Positions 53,788-64,000 of a DNA stretch of 64,000 nucleotides are shown here, piece after piece. The translations under genes were made by a program, and so were the position numbers. Source of the stretch: Polymyxa betae A26-41 (taxonomy: Eukaryota; Protista; Endomyxa: Phytomyxea); assembly GCA_003693705.1 (NCBI GenBank), contig RBZT01000339.1, positions 1 to 64,000 of the forward strand. The letters are read 5' to 3'. The notes beneath the pieces are model-generated. The model was not told the origin of the DNA and made no database searches. It worked only from the letters and a program-made list of their open reading frames with translations. The first letter of the stretch is position 1. Every line of letters begins with the position of its first letter.

Positions 53788-55636
53788 TCAATGGACTTTC
53801 GATATATTGTCATTAAAATCTTTGAAGTCGCAATTGTTCAAAGTCGTCCTCCTCTTGGCAATTGGCAAAATCTCTCGTCGTTGCTGGCCAATATACAACT
53901 GTCTCGGCCGACCAATCTTACAGTTAGGGTCGGCAATCATCTCCTTCCAATTAACGAACCAGCCGATGGTTCGAGCGACAGCAAACAGCACCGTGAACAT
54001 GGATTTCGGGATTCCCATGGCACGTAACATTACACCAGAGTAGAAATCGACATTGGGAAATAGCTTCCTCTTAATAAAATAATCGTCTTCGAGGGCGACT
54101 TTCTCCAACTTCCTGGCCAACTCCAGAATCGGGTCCGTTTCAATTTTCAGCTCATCTAAAACAGCATGGCAGACCTCTTGCATAATTTTTGCTCTCGGAT
54201 CATAGTTCTGGTAGACACGATGACCAAATCTAAAGAACGCGACAATTAGCGAAATACTTGACTGGATCTTCGAGTTACCCCATAAGGCGGAATGGATCAG
54301 ATTTATCCTTTGCTTTGGTTATGTAGAATGGAATACGATCTGCCTAAAGCAGAAATTAGCCACATAGAGAATGATACAGAAGTTGGACGAACAGTGGCGA
54401 TTTCTTCCAACATCTCCAAAACAGCTTGGTTAGCGCCTCTGATAAGACCGTTACAATCAATATTGACGATTATTAAATGAACTGACCCATGAGCTGCTCC
54501 CCAAAGCGTGGTGATACCACTTGCAATGCAGGCGAATGGGTTGGCGTAGCTGGAGCCGGCAATTCGGACAGTCGACGTCGAAGCGTTTTGTTCGTGGTCG
54601 GCATGCAGAATGAGCCAGACTTCTAGGGCATGCGTTAATACTGGATTCAGTTCGTAGGGCTCCGATGGCACAGAAAACATCATGTTGAGAAGATTCTCTG
54701 CATAAGACAGGCTGGTCTTTGGATAGACGAACGGCTGCCCGACACTGTATTTGTACGCCATCGCCGCAATGGTTGGCATTTTAGCGAGGAGGCGGTATGC
54801 GGCGCTAAAGCGATTCAGAGGGTTGTGAACGTCGAGATAGTCGTGATAGAATGCAGATAGCGCCCCAACTACACCAACGCAAATCGCCATCGGCTGCAAA
54901 CTGAATCAGTTCTGCTTGAAAGAAAATAAGTTGTCATACATGAGCGTCGCTCTTGAACCCCTGATAGAATTGTATAAGCTTCTCATGAACCATGGTATGC
55001 CTCTAATGCTTAGTTCAATGCAAGCAAATAAGAAGCCATGTAAGATGCACCTTTATCAGGTAAGTGTGAAGCTTCTTGGCCTTCTCATCAGGGAGATCAC
55101 CATACAAGAGTAAATACTAACAACCCTTAAGAAAAAGAGCGAACATTTCACAAGCAGCATACAGTGACATCCATAAAGTCGCATTTCTCAGCCAGTTCTC
55201 CAATATCATAGCCCTGAGATAGATGTTATTCAAGCCTCAAGTGTTGCATGCACAAACACGATAGCGAAGAAGCCCGTTAGGGCCATCAATGAACGTGATC
55301 GAAGATACGCCTATAAGCCATTCCTATCAGTGACGGTTTGCTCTCCATATAGGGTACAATACATGACGATGTTGACATAAACCCTGGGTCATGGGTAAAA
55401 TAACCGGTCTGAGCATACAATCCTCGAATATCAATAACCGGCGGTCCTTCAGTTCCCCTTAAGATCGGCAGCTGGACCGACTTCCTGGCCAGCAGTTAGG
55501 GCACACGAATCGGTGTCTGAATGTTGGCGTACCCATCCGGGAGCGTCACGGTCGCGCATTCCCCAGATTCAGGTGCGGTCGCTTTCGCCTCTTCATCGCA
55601 TTTGACGAACCTATCGGCTAGCGCACTATGGTCCAT
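53788..55636 (-). CDS. Citrate synthase, bacterial GltA-like type
   Basis: [43 protein letters not shown] and [10 protein letters not shown]; multi-exon; start tentative. Confidence 0.93.
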
Positions 55637-56201
55637 AATCGGCTGCTTTACTCAGGAGGGTTTCTGAGCGAAAGATCTGCGGGGGCACACTGAATCACGT
55701 GAGCAGTCCAGAAGCAGGCAGCTCTGAGTGCGATTAGGGTTTTGGTCAGTGAGAAGCCCAGATTGGTGAAAGGCGGCCTCTCAACCAGCAGTGAAGGTTT
55801 CCAGCTGACTGAGCTTCACCGAGAATCAAAAGAGGCGGTTGGAACTTTGTGCGGCCTCTCGCTTCCGATTCTCCATTCGTCTTCGTCATGTCAACGGCGA
55901 CCATCGCCCGAACGAATTGCAATTGTTGGCTGCGCTGGGACGTTTAGGCCACGCTGTAGTCTGTCGCCGTGGACGTCGTGACGGCAATAAACTCAGATTA
56001 GGAACAGCTTGATTGAGAAATTGGAATGGTCAATGAGAGATCGTACACAGGAGCAGGAGTTTAGCAGTTAGACTGTTGCAAATAAAACAATAGGCAAAAT
56101 TGCAATTTTTGTTGTGTTTAATTTGCCTGGAGACGTGCGCAGATTCGTATCTATTTTCGCTTTCGTCTGGATTTGGAGAGCTTGCTGGTCCACATATTCC
56201 G

Positions 56202-56758
56202 ATGTTGGATATGATTGAGATTTCTGCTGGCGAGCTGGTAGAAAGACTTCTAACTGCACCAGAGACAGTTGCAGTAGTCGACGTTCGCGATAGTGTTGGA
56301 TGGGAACCTCGTCTATAATAATATTCATTAACGATATTTGATAGGATAGGAGAGGTGGCCATATCAAGGTAAAGCTGATCAATCTGAAGTAAGAATGTGA
56401 ATGGGATTGTCAGGGCTCCATATCAGCTCCATCATCGTCACTGGCAGGGCCACGTCTTGCTGAGCTGATTGAGCAGCTGTCCGCTACCGAGCTGGTCGTC
56501 TTCCATTGTATGAAGTCGCAGATCAGAGGACCCAAATCCATGCAATTGTTCGCTCGAGTCGCCAGCCAGAGTGGCGCCAAAATCCAATGTGCTTTGCTGA
56601 CATTCGGTTTTGAAGAATTTATTCGGGTTGCTTGGAAACATGAGAAAGTATGGTTTTCAGCGTCGTTTTTATCCAACAATTTGACATGAGATTTTCAGGC
56701 TGATCTGCTTCTTGAAGCAGTTGATCCGTATGTATGGCCGCCATTTCTTCTAAACTAA
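56202..56758 (+). CDS. Cdc25-like rhodanese / Acr2-type arsenate reductase
   Basis: VVDVRDS, GGHIKGS and active site VFHCMKSQIRGP. Confidence 0.88.
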
Positions 56759-56867
56759 GCACCTGCCTTCTTGCAATTCGACAATGTCGTGCAACCGCTC
56801 TCTTGTTAACCCTTGCAACGATCATTACGCTGATCTTCGATTAGATTATCGTCAGTTTTCACGAACC

Positions 56868-56894
56868 GGGTTTAGGGTTTTAGGGTTAGGGTTT
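56868..56894 (+). repeat. Short interstitial telomere-like repeat (telo-box-like)
   Basis: ggg tttaggg ttttaggg ttaggg ttt, about 60 bp upstream of the PEX22 start. Confidence 0.75.
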
Positions 56895-56955
56895 GTGACT
56901 GCAACGAAGCTGAGCTGTTGCCTGCTTAATACGGCATAGTCTATTTGTATCTGGA

Positions 56956-57611
56956 ATGGTATCACCAATCTGGATATGGTGGGTTAGATTGCCCCGGCAG
57001 ATATCTGCCTATTACCAGGCTATCTTCACGATCTCTGTCGTCATCCTATCGCTCGTGTTCTACCGATGGCACAGGCGAGGACCTTCATCTGGTGTCGTAC
57101 AGCGATCGCCGCCCACTGAATCCTCAACAGCAAAAACTTCGTCATCGTGGATATCATCGCTTCGCGATGACCGCGAAGCGATCTGTTGCATCACCTTCGA
57201 TCTTCTTGAAAGAGAGGAGCAACAATGGATTGTCGAGCTGGCCCGCTCTTGTCGCTTAATTGTAATTGCTCGCGATACTGTCGCGAAACATTCGTGGGAT
57301 GTCGTAAAGCAGCTTGGTTTGGATCAGCTCGTTCCAGGTCATCGTTTGCTGCTTTGTCAGACGACCTCGGGGGTTTACAGCATAGTTAGGCAAATCGATC
57401 CCCGGTTATTTATAGCTGGTATGGGGTCACAGATTCTGCTGTGAAAACTGATATGGACGTAATCACAGGAGAAGATGATCTCGAGGCTTTGAGACGTCTA
57501 GAGCCGTTCTTAGCGGGATCGATTCTGATCTCACCGCATGATCGGTCACATATTTGGGGTGGAACTATACGATCAACATTGAAGGAGGCTCTATGCAGTT
57601 TGGTTAAATGA
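56956..57611 (+). CDS. PEX22: Peroxin 22-like (plant-type)
   Basis: N-terminal TM anchor, then HRLLLCQTTSGVYSIVRQIDP resembling the plant PEX22 motif KVLFCSTE.G..SFVRQLEP. Confidence 0.7.
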
Positions 57612-57715
57612 TATAGAATATATCTGTCCTACATCGTGACCTTCCGCTTCATTTGTTAGTTTAATAAATCAGAACAGAATGGACGAAGGTTAGACAGGTT
57701 TCTATCAATAACCTC

Positions 57716-58657
57716 TTAAAACACGTTGTGGCGCCAGTCCATCGTTAACCTTATGGCAGTCATAAACGAGAAGGATGAGATCGATCTATATGAGCACCTG
57801 GTCTTCCTAACGCCAGAGATCGCCTTGTGCCGAACGTGATAGCGACGCCAGTTGACTTCGTTCAGCACACTACACGGTTCCCATTCCTCCTTTCAGACTA
57901 TCATTCTATTCATTGGAGAATTTCCAGGAGTACAACTTGTATCTTGAACTTGGTTCAGGCAGGCGGCTGGCAAACGATAGAACCCTTCGCTAGTCGTTAT
58001 TCTCATCTGCTGTCGTGTTCCTGTCGTGACACCGGCTGTATAAACGGGTTCAGATCGCTAATAATCTGCCATTCTTAGAACGATTACTTAATCTCACCAG
58101 TATTCGTCCACGATCCATTTCATCTTCGGCCTTGGCTATGGTTTTAGGTGCTTGATTACATCAGGCCTGTCGCGTTCTTCGTTCACGTACCAATGACATG
58201 TCTGAAAGGTTCTCATAAAAGTTGTCGCTTCCCTTGACGTTAATGCACTCGCATGCCACTTCGAACAGGACGACGTGGCTCCCATAGAAGTCTGCAAGGG
58301 TATCACAATTGAGGGTTTTAAACAGCTTGCAGACATCGATGAGTCGCCAATCCGCCTTTGATTTTCTGAGCTGCAATTTGTCGTTTGAATAGTATTGAAT
58401 GGTCAACTCCAGCACATGAAGTGATATCCGGGGAACTCTTGAGCCTCTGCATCCGATCGTGATTCTTGCGCTAGGCTCGAGTACAACGGAAAGGCGTGGC
58501 GATCCAAACAAAGCACTTGGCGACTCTTTCGGCTCTAGAGGCGATACTCCCAACCATATTGAACCACCAGCTCCTCGATAAATGGAACAGTAGACTACTC
58601 TAGCGGTTGAAGTAGGGCGTCATCATGATTGGAGCCGTTTGGAGAGAGCAGCGACAT
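57716..58657 (-). CDS. Hypothetical multi-exon protein
   Basis: 130 aa ORF plus flanking exons with GT-AG introns; no secure family. Confidence 0.5.
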
Positions 58658-58818
58658 AATGGGCACAGAATTTTGGAATCCAGCGCATTCTACTTCTGAA
58701 GATAGTGAGCGTGCTCATTTCTCATTGCTTATATTCCTGTCAATGCTGTATGTACGTAGGTAGGTTCATAATTGATGGGATGTGCATTCTGTTGAACAAT
58801 ATGTAGAATGAGCTCATC

Positions 58819-59870
58819 TTACAACTTGGCTTTTCGCTTGATCTGTTGGTCGACTAAATCAGGACAGAATGGGCGAAGGTAGACACCCAGGTAAACATTC
58901 AGCGGGAAATACACTTTCCTCAACCGTCTATCAGCTGCATCGACAATCGCCTAAAAATCTTTATTGCATTCAAAGCTCTGTATACAGCACCAACCTTAGC
59001 ACATTCATATGCTGATATGGCATCGGGATTCGACGAAGGATGAGATAATTCTATATGAGCACCTTCGTCTTTCAAACTGTGATTGTTCAATGAGCGATCA
59101 ATAGGGATTACATCAACCTTTATTGGATACCAGTTCTTTCTAAAATTTGTACAGACAGATGGCGGGCAAACAATACAAATGTCAAGGCGATCGTCATCAT
59201 CTAATTCGGATCTTAACGATTCGAAAAAGCCTGTCACTGCAAAGCGAGAGGCACAAAGTGCAGTTCGATATGGAAGTCCTAAATCGGTTCAGAATATCAT
59301 AGCGTTCTTGACACGTTGAAATTTCACCGAGTTCGCCAGCAAGAGATGAGACAACCACAACCTGGCCACGAGACCCATCCGAATGGCGTACTAGATTCTG
59401 AAATGCCGCCTTCATCAAGTGTAAATACCCGAAAAAGTTGACGTTCATCAGGTCGTGATAGATCGCATCGCTTGTATTAACCCGGAACGAATGATGGCAG
59501 CCAACTCCAGCACATAATACCTAAATCATATTTCGAAGAGATAATAATGACCATGTCTAGAAACATACAACAATATCAATTCTACCGAATGTCTCCATAG
59601 TTTTTGCTATCAAATCATTGCATTGACTCTCGCTGGTAATATCACATGGTATAACAGCAACCTCACTCCCGAACGCTTTGCAGTTCCTCCCGGTCTCTTC
59701 GAGTTCCTGAACCCTTCTTCCTGTAAGAACCAATCTAAGAGCAAGGCCTCAGTTTTATCGACCCGGACAGCAAGCACCAACCTGCAGCGGCGAGGGGCAT
59801 AAACTAAAGCGATTTGTTTACCAATGCCTGAGCTTGCACCGCTGACTATTATAACACAATTATCTAAACT
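58819..59870 (-). CDS. Short-chain dehydrogenase/reductase (DHRS7-like) with PTS1 and altered catalytic motif; 5' end uncertain
   Basis: VSGASSGIG, MNVNFFG, VSSLAG, RTALCASRFA; C-terminus KRKAKL*. Confidence 0.85.
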
Positions 59871-60216
59871 TCAGACTGAATAGTCCATAATGTTGAGGTC
59901 AGAGCCAAAGCTCCAGAGCCAGATATTCCAGCAAGCATCATTACCTGTCCAATTCTTGGGGCGGCCACAAGGAAACAGAGCCTTTACATGAGGGACTCGT
60001 GTCGTCATAGCCTTGCCTACCTTTATGAACAGACAAAATGTAAAGGACAAGAGTCGTATGTTGGTTTTATTATGACAGTGAAGATCAAATGGAGAGGCGT
60101 GAACTTAAGCGAGTAGGAACTACACATGACATGACTGTTGCTATAATAGATTCCTAAAGCCGCCTATGACAAGACAACCGATCTTTATTTCACAACCCGT
60201 TTTACACAGAGAGATT

Positions 60217-60757
60217 TTACACAGAGAAAATTTTGCCTAACGCCGATCGTCTCAAGCTCAAATCTGATTCCAAGAAGCCAGAGTTACTCGGCATCTGGAA
60301 TGAAATTTGAGGAACGCCAACACAAACTGTGCTGTCGACAAGAGCTTCACCGTCCTGAGCTGGTTTCAATAGATTATCGTTAGATTCCTGCTACGAACCA
60401 AAATCTCCAGGTTTTCTCCAACAACGCAATGCTGGCCTACTTCTGCTCCGGCAGATAACGAAGCACGAGCTCGGATATAGCTATTAGACCCAATAGAGCA
60501 GGCAACAATAGCGCCGGTTTCAATCAAAGAGTTGCTCCCGATAGTGATGGAGTTCCTATAAAGCTGTCAACTTACATTTTCATTGATTATAAAGCCTACC
60601 TATCAGACTTAATCAAAGCGTTTTCTTGAACAATGACTCCGTCTTGCAGAAATATTGGTGCTATTGTACCGTCTATGATACAACCTGGATGTAGAAAACA
60701 CTCTTCGCCAATCTGGACATCGCCGATAACCTGGGCGTCCTCATGTATATAGCCCAT
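60217..60757 (-). CDS. DCTN6: Dynactin subunit 6 (p27)-like left-handed beta-helix protein, missing from the ORF track
   Basis: MGYIHEDAQVIGDVQIGEECFLHPGCIIDGTIAPIFL...ITIGSNSLIETGA hexapeptide repeats. Confidence 0.68.
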
Positions 60758-60886
60758 AATTTGGAATGGGAATCAGAAAGCACCACGGGAGACGCAAGCC
60801 GCAACCTTAGCTGTTGACAGCTTTATGCATTAGTACTTGCACTTGGAGGGCAAAGACAGAAGGCGATATTTCATTTGAATCGAGCT

Positions 60887-61640
60887 TTAAAACATCACGC
60901 ATGAGACTGGTAAGTTCATCTGGTGAGCGTCAACAAATTCTGGCATCGACCAGGCGATTTGGGAAGGTGTTGCAAAAGCTGATAAGTTTTCAGGACCTAA
61001 ACGACATTGCTCGTGATCGCCTTGGCCTCTTTCCCTTGAAGTGTTTATGTTGTCAGTAGCTGATGGTTGTTCAAGATCCAAACGGGATTGCTCGTAAACC
61101 TCTTGGCTTCTCTCTCCAGAAGAGTTTGGAATGTTAGCTAGTTGAACCGCAGGACTTGTTTCAGCAGCACTTTCATCTTTGTCTTTGCCAACAGATCCGG
61201 TACAATGTGGAAAGAGGTTTAATCCTGCAGGTTCATTGCAGGGCATGCTCACAGAAGCATCTAGTGATTTTTGTGGACATCCTCCAGAATAACCGATTTG
61301 CTCAATCTTGTCAGATGGACCTTCCCTGTGTGCTACGTCTTGACTTAAAATTGGTTCAAACCGGGTCAAATCTCCAGCTTCAACAAAAAATTTCGAATAA
61401 ATCATGACCCCATCGTCATTCACTAAAACACGCTAAATCAAACCGTAACTTGCATAATTACTCCCTACGATGCGGCAGGACGACAATTTCACCTTGGCGA
61501 CCTCGGCTCGATGACAATCGCTGGGACAGAACCTCAGGCATATCGTTATGGATGAAAATGAATCCAAAACTCCTCTCTCGTCCTTTACAGTGATATTGCG
61601 TTACCACAAATATGGCCTCTGTAGATGACAGACAATCATG
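60887..61640 (-). CDS. Hypothetical protein with an internal imperfect repeat
   Basis: 178 aa ORF containing ERSQEVYEQSRLDLEQPSA and ERGQGDHEQCRLGPENLSA; two small upstream exons are plausible. Confidence 0.45.
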
Positions 61641-61679
61641 CTTGAGCGGGTAATGAAGTCAGGAGAATTTCCCTATAGA

Positions 61680-61764
61680 GGGCTCATTGAGCTCTAAGAA
61701 TAATGTTACGTCTCATAAAGGGCCTCATCGAGCTCTAAGAAGTAATGTTACATGTCATAAAGGG
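61680..61764 (+). repeat. Two-copy 40-42 bp tandem duplication upstream of TAF6
   Basis: gggctcattgagctctaagaataatgttacgtctcataaa / gggcctcatcgagctctaagaagtaatgttacatgtcataaa. Confidence 0.85.
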
Positions 61765-61816
61765 TGACCAGCATATGTATGTGCGCAATTGATCGTCGAA
61801 CTCGTTTATAATCGGA

Positions 61817-63196
61817 ATGGCCAGCAATGAGGCGGCTTCCATGAATGGTGCGATCAGCAATCACGTGACCGCATCGAATGGCATTGATGGATCCATAATC
61901 CGAGCCGAGTCGGTCCGGGCGATCTGCGACCAATTCGCAGCTAATGATCAGAACACGCCGCTTCTCGATTTATCGCTCTGCGAGGCTGTTGCTGCTGAGG
62001 TTGAATACCGAATACGACAAATCGCTCAAGATGCATTGAAATTTATGTCTGCTTCTTGTCGAACCCGTATGACATGTGCTGATATCGACAGCGCGTTGCG
62101 ATTACGAAATGTCCCTGCATTATACGGGTTCCGAAATTCCTCATCGTCCACTTTCTGTTCTGTGGCTGGCTACGACGATCTTTTTTTTGTCAATGATCCC
62201 GTTTTGTCGCTTTCAAATATTCTGACGGCCCCTCTGCCTGCTGCCCCGGCAGATTCCACATTCTCGGTTCATTGGCTCGCTGTGCAGGGTATCCAGCCTT
62301 GCATTCCACAGAATCCAGCACCAATCCTGGCAGCCCCGCCAATTCACGAAAAGGATGATAAGAGTGCCCCTTCAACTGTTGTGAGGCCACCTGTCCGACA
62401 TGTTCTATCCAAAGAACAACAGATGTATTACGACCAAGTAACATTGGGCATTCGAAGCGGAGACGAGTCGCTCGAACGAGCAGTATTGCAATCAGTGTCC
62501 AGGGATCCAGGATTGCATCAACTGCTTCCTTACTTAGTCCAGTTTGTTGCTGACCAAGTGAATGCCCATCTGCGTGATTTGCCTCAGCTTTGGTCAGTGA
62601 TGCGTCTGGCTCAAGCTCTCATCTACAGCCCGCACCTTCGTATCGAGCCATATCTCCATCAAATCATGCCACCAATATTAACTTGTTTGGTCGGACGACA
62701 CCTTTGCTATGATTGCACCCAGGATCATTGGGCGCTCCGAGATTATGCTGCTGGTCTGGTAGCGTATATTTGTAGGAAGTTTGGGTCGTCATATCAAACA
62801 TTACAACCTAGAGTTAGCAAGACATTAGCCAAGGCTTTCTTGGATCCCGATCGTCCGCTGACTACACATTATGGTGCCATTCAGGGCTTGCAAGCTTTGG
62901 GCGACAATGTCTCTGGCTTGCTGATTTTGCCCTATGCGCGCCTCTTCTATAAAATGCTGCAACCAGAGCTGTTGAATGCAGCTAATCCTGGAAGACGACT
63001 TGAGGCTGAATATTGCCAAGGAGCTTTATTGCGAGCTTGTGGAACGTATGTTCGTAGTCAGATCATGTCCGAATCTGAATTGTTTATTGGGATCACGGCC
63101 ATGTCCACTCTGGACGATCTTGAAGACCTGTTTGGGGAAGCTCTACATCCTTTTCTGTTGAGCAGAGAGGATTTTTTTGTCACTGCACATATTTAA
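61817..63196 (+). CDS. TAF6: TFIID subunit 6, intronless
   Basis: Histone fold EVEYRIRQIAQDALKFM, HWLAVQGIQP.IPQNP, DPGLHQLLPY, HWALRD and THYGAI. Confidence 0.96.
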   Translation: MASNEAASMNGAISNHVTASNGIDGSIIRAESVRAICDQFAANDQNTPLLDLSLCEAVAAEVEYRIRQIAQDALKFMSASCRTRMTCADIDSALRLRNVPALYGFRNSSSSTFCSVAGYDDLFFVNDPVLSLSNILTAPLPAAPADSTFSVHWLAVQGIQPCIPQNPAPILAAPPIHEKDDKSAPSTVVRPPVRHVLSKEQQMYYDQVTLGIRSGDESLERAVLQSVSRDPGLHQLLPYLVQFVADQVNAHLRDLPQLWSVMRLAQALIYSPHLRIEPYLHQIMPPILTCLVGRHLCYDCTQDHWALRDYAAGLVAYICRKFGSSYQTLQPRVSKTLAKAFLDPDRPLTTHYGAIQGLQALGDNVSGLLILPYARLFYKMLQPELLNAANPGRRLEAEYCQGALLRACGTYVRSQIMSESELFIGITAMSTLDDLEDLFGEALHPFLLSREDFFVTAHI

Positions 63197-63481
63197 ATTG
63201 ACATTGAGTAAATTAATTTCTAAATTTATGTTAAGACGACTTTAGAACTGTACTTTAGCTTCAAACAAGTCGTATCTAACTTCACTTGCAAATTCCTCAA
63301 ATCCGGCATGCGGAACAGTTCAAAAAGCCACCCTTTTGACAACTAAACAACGTCAGCACATTTCTTAGCACTTATCCATTTTTCTCACTTGCTGTGGCGT
63401 GATTTCGTGTAGATATTTTGCAAATGAGGGATTCTGGTTTGAGTGAACTCTGATAATTAAAAAGATGACCATGCGCACGAA

Positions 63482-63894
63482 TTATAGATAAATTCTGTGT
63501 ATGTCTTTTAGGTTCAGGCTTGCATTGCAAGCAGGGCATCGATGGTGAAGTCGTACTGCTTTATGAATACAGGAATAGCAGAACTAAGTTAAAATGTAAT
63601 TAGAGGAAGCACCCAAATGTTTGAGGTTGAACTGACGACATGACCACAGAAAGAGCTTGCCATATCTTTCATCCTTACAAGACAAATTGGACACGACAAT
63701 CGCTCAAGGTGTTTGTCGGCAGAGCTGATCGACTTCTCATCTTCACTGGTCTCTGCAGTCAGATCAATTGTAGTTGCCCTTTTTGATAGCGGTTCAGCCT
63801 TCTCTTCGGTAACTCCAGCATCTTCGTCGTCATCACTCACGATTACGACCACTTCACTGCAATCTGAGAGCGGCTCGAATTCTGGACTGGACAT
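63482..63894 (-). CDS. SUMO-targeted RING E3 ligase (RNF4-like)
   Basis: SIMs VVVIVSDDDED and TIDLT; RING CPIC...CGHV|FCYSCI...CPAC; terminal IHRIYL. Confidence 0.85.
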
Positions 63895-64000
63895 GAAGAA
63901 ATCAATGGGAAGCACCAGACATTTGGTACGAATGCGACACAGTATAGATGAATGAATAGTAGAACACTCTGGCAGAATCACAAGAACAACTGCTAGAAAA

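Noticed and set aside
57716-58657. Faint resemblance to Sin1/Avo1 CRIM and PH segments
   Set aside because: Only scattered residues match, and the putative PH part is far too short.
60200-60227. acagaga repeats resembling the U6 snRNA ACAGAGA box
   Set aside because: It is a short local duplication at the DCTN6 stop codon, and the flanking U6 sequence is absent.

Overview
Gene-dense eukaryotic nuclear DNA (roughly 45% GC by eye) with many short GT-AG introns, mostly 45-60 nt. Ciliary genes (CFAP91, BBIP1), compact spacing and TTT(T)AGGG motifs fit a flagellated protist such as a plasmodiophorid (Phytomyxea); this assignment is inference. About 38 protein-coding loci can be read. Most are housekeeping genes: DOCK GEF, SNF5-like, cyclin L, GH47 mannosidase, UBE2H, NAA10, EME1, Slo-type K+ channel, p24, WDR27, ArfGAP, citrate synthase, PEX22, DCTN6, TAF6 and RNF4-like. 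The main accessory system is a four-member family of 7TM receptor-RGS fusion genes: one at 16.1-17.7 kb and a tandem trio at 34.6-41.4 kb. Two copies are intact and two carry frameshifts. Two copies have private 53-nt introns, and one has a 621-bp piggyBac-like element inserted at an intron branch-point motif. Also notable: a small-protein family with PP1-docking motifs, a plant PUP-like permease, a K+ channel with a TGLGYG filter, a PTS1-bearing SDR lacking YxxxK, a shortened secreted CAP protein and a decayed C2H2 zinc-finger relic. No rRNA, tRNA or CRISPR array was seen. All family calls come from motif recognition, not database searches, and coordinates of multi-exon genes are approximate spans.
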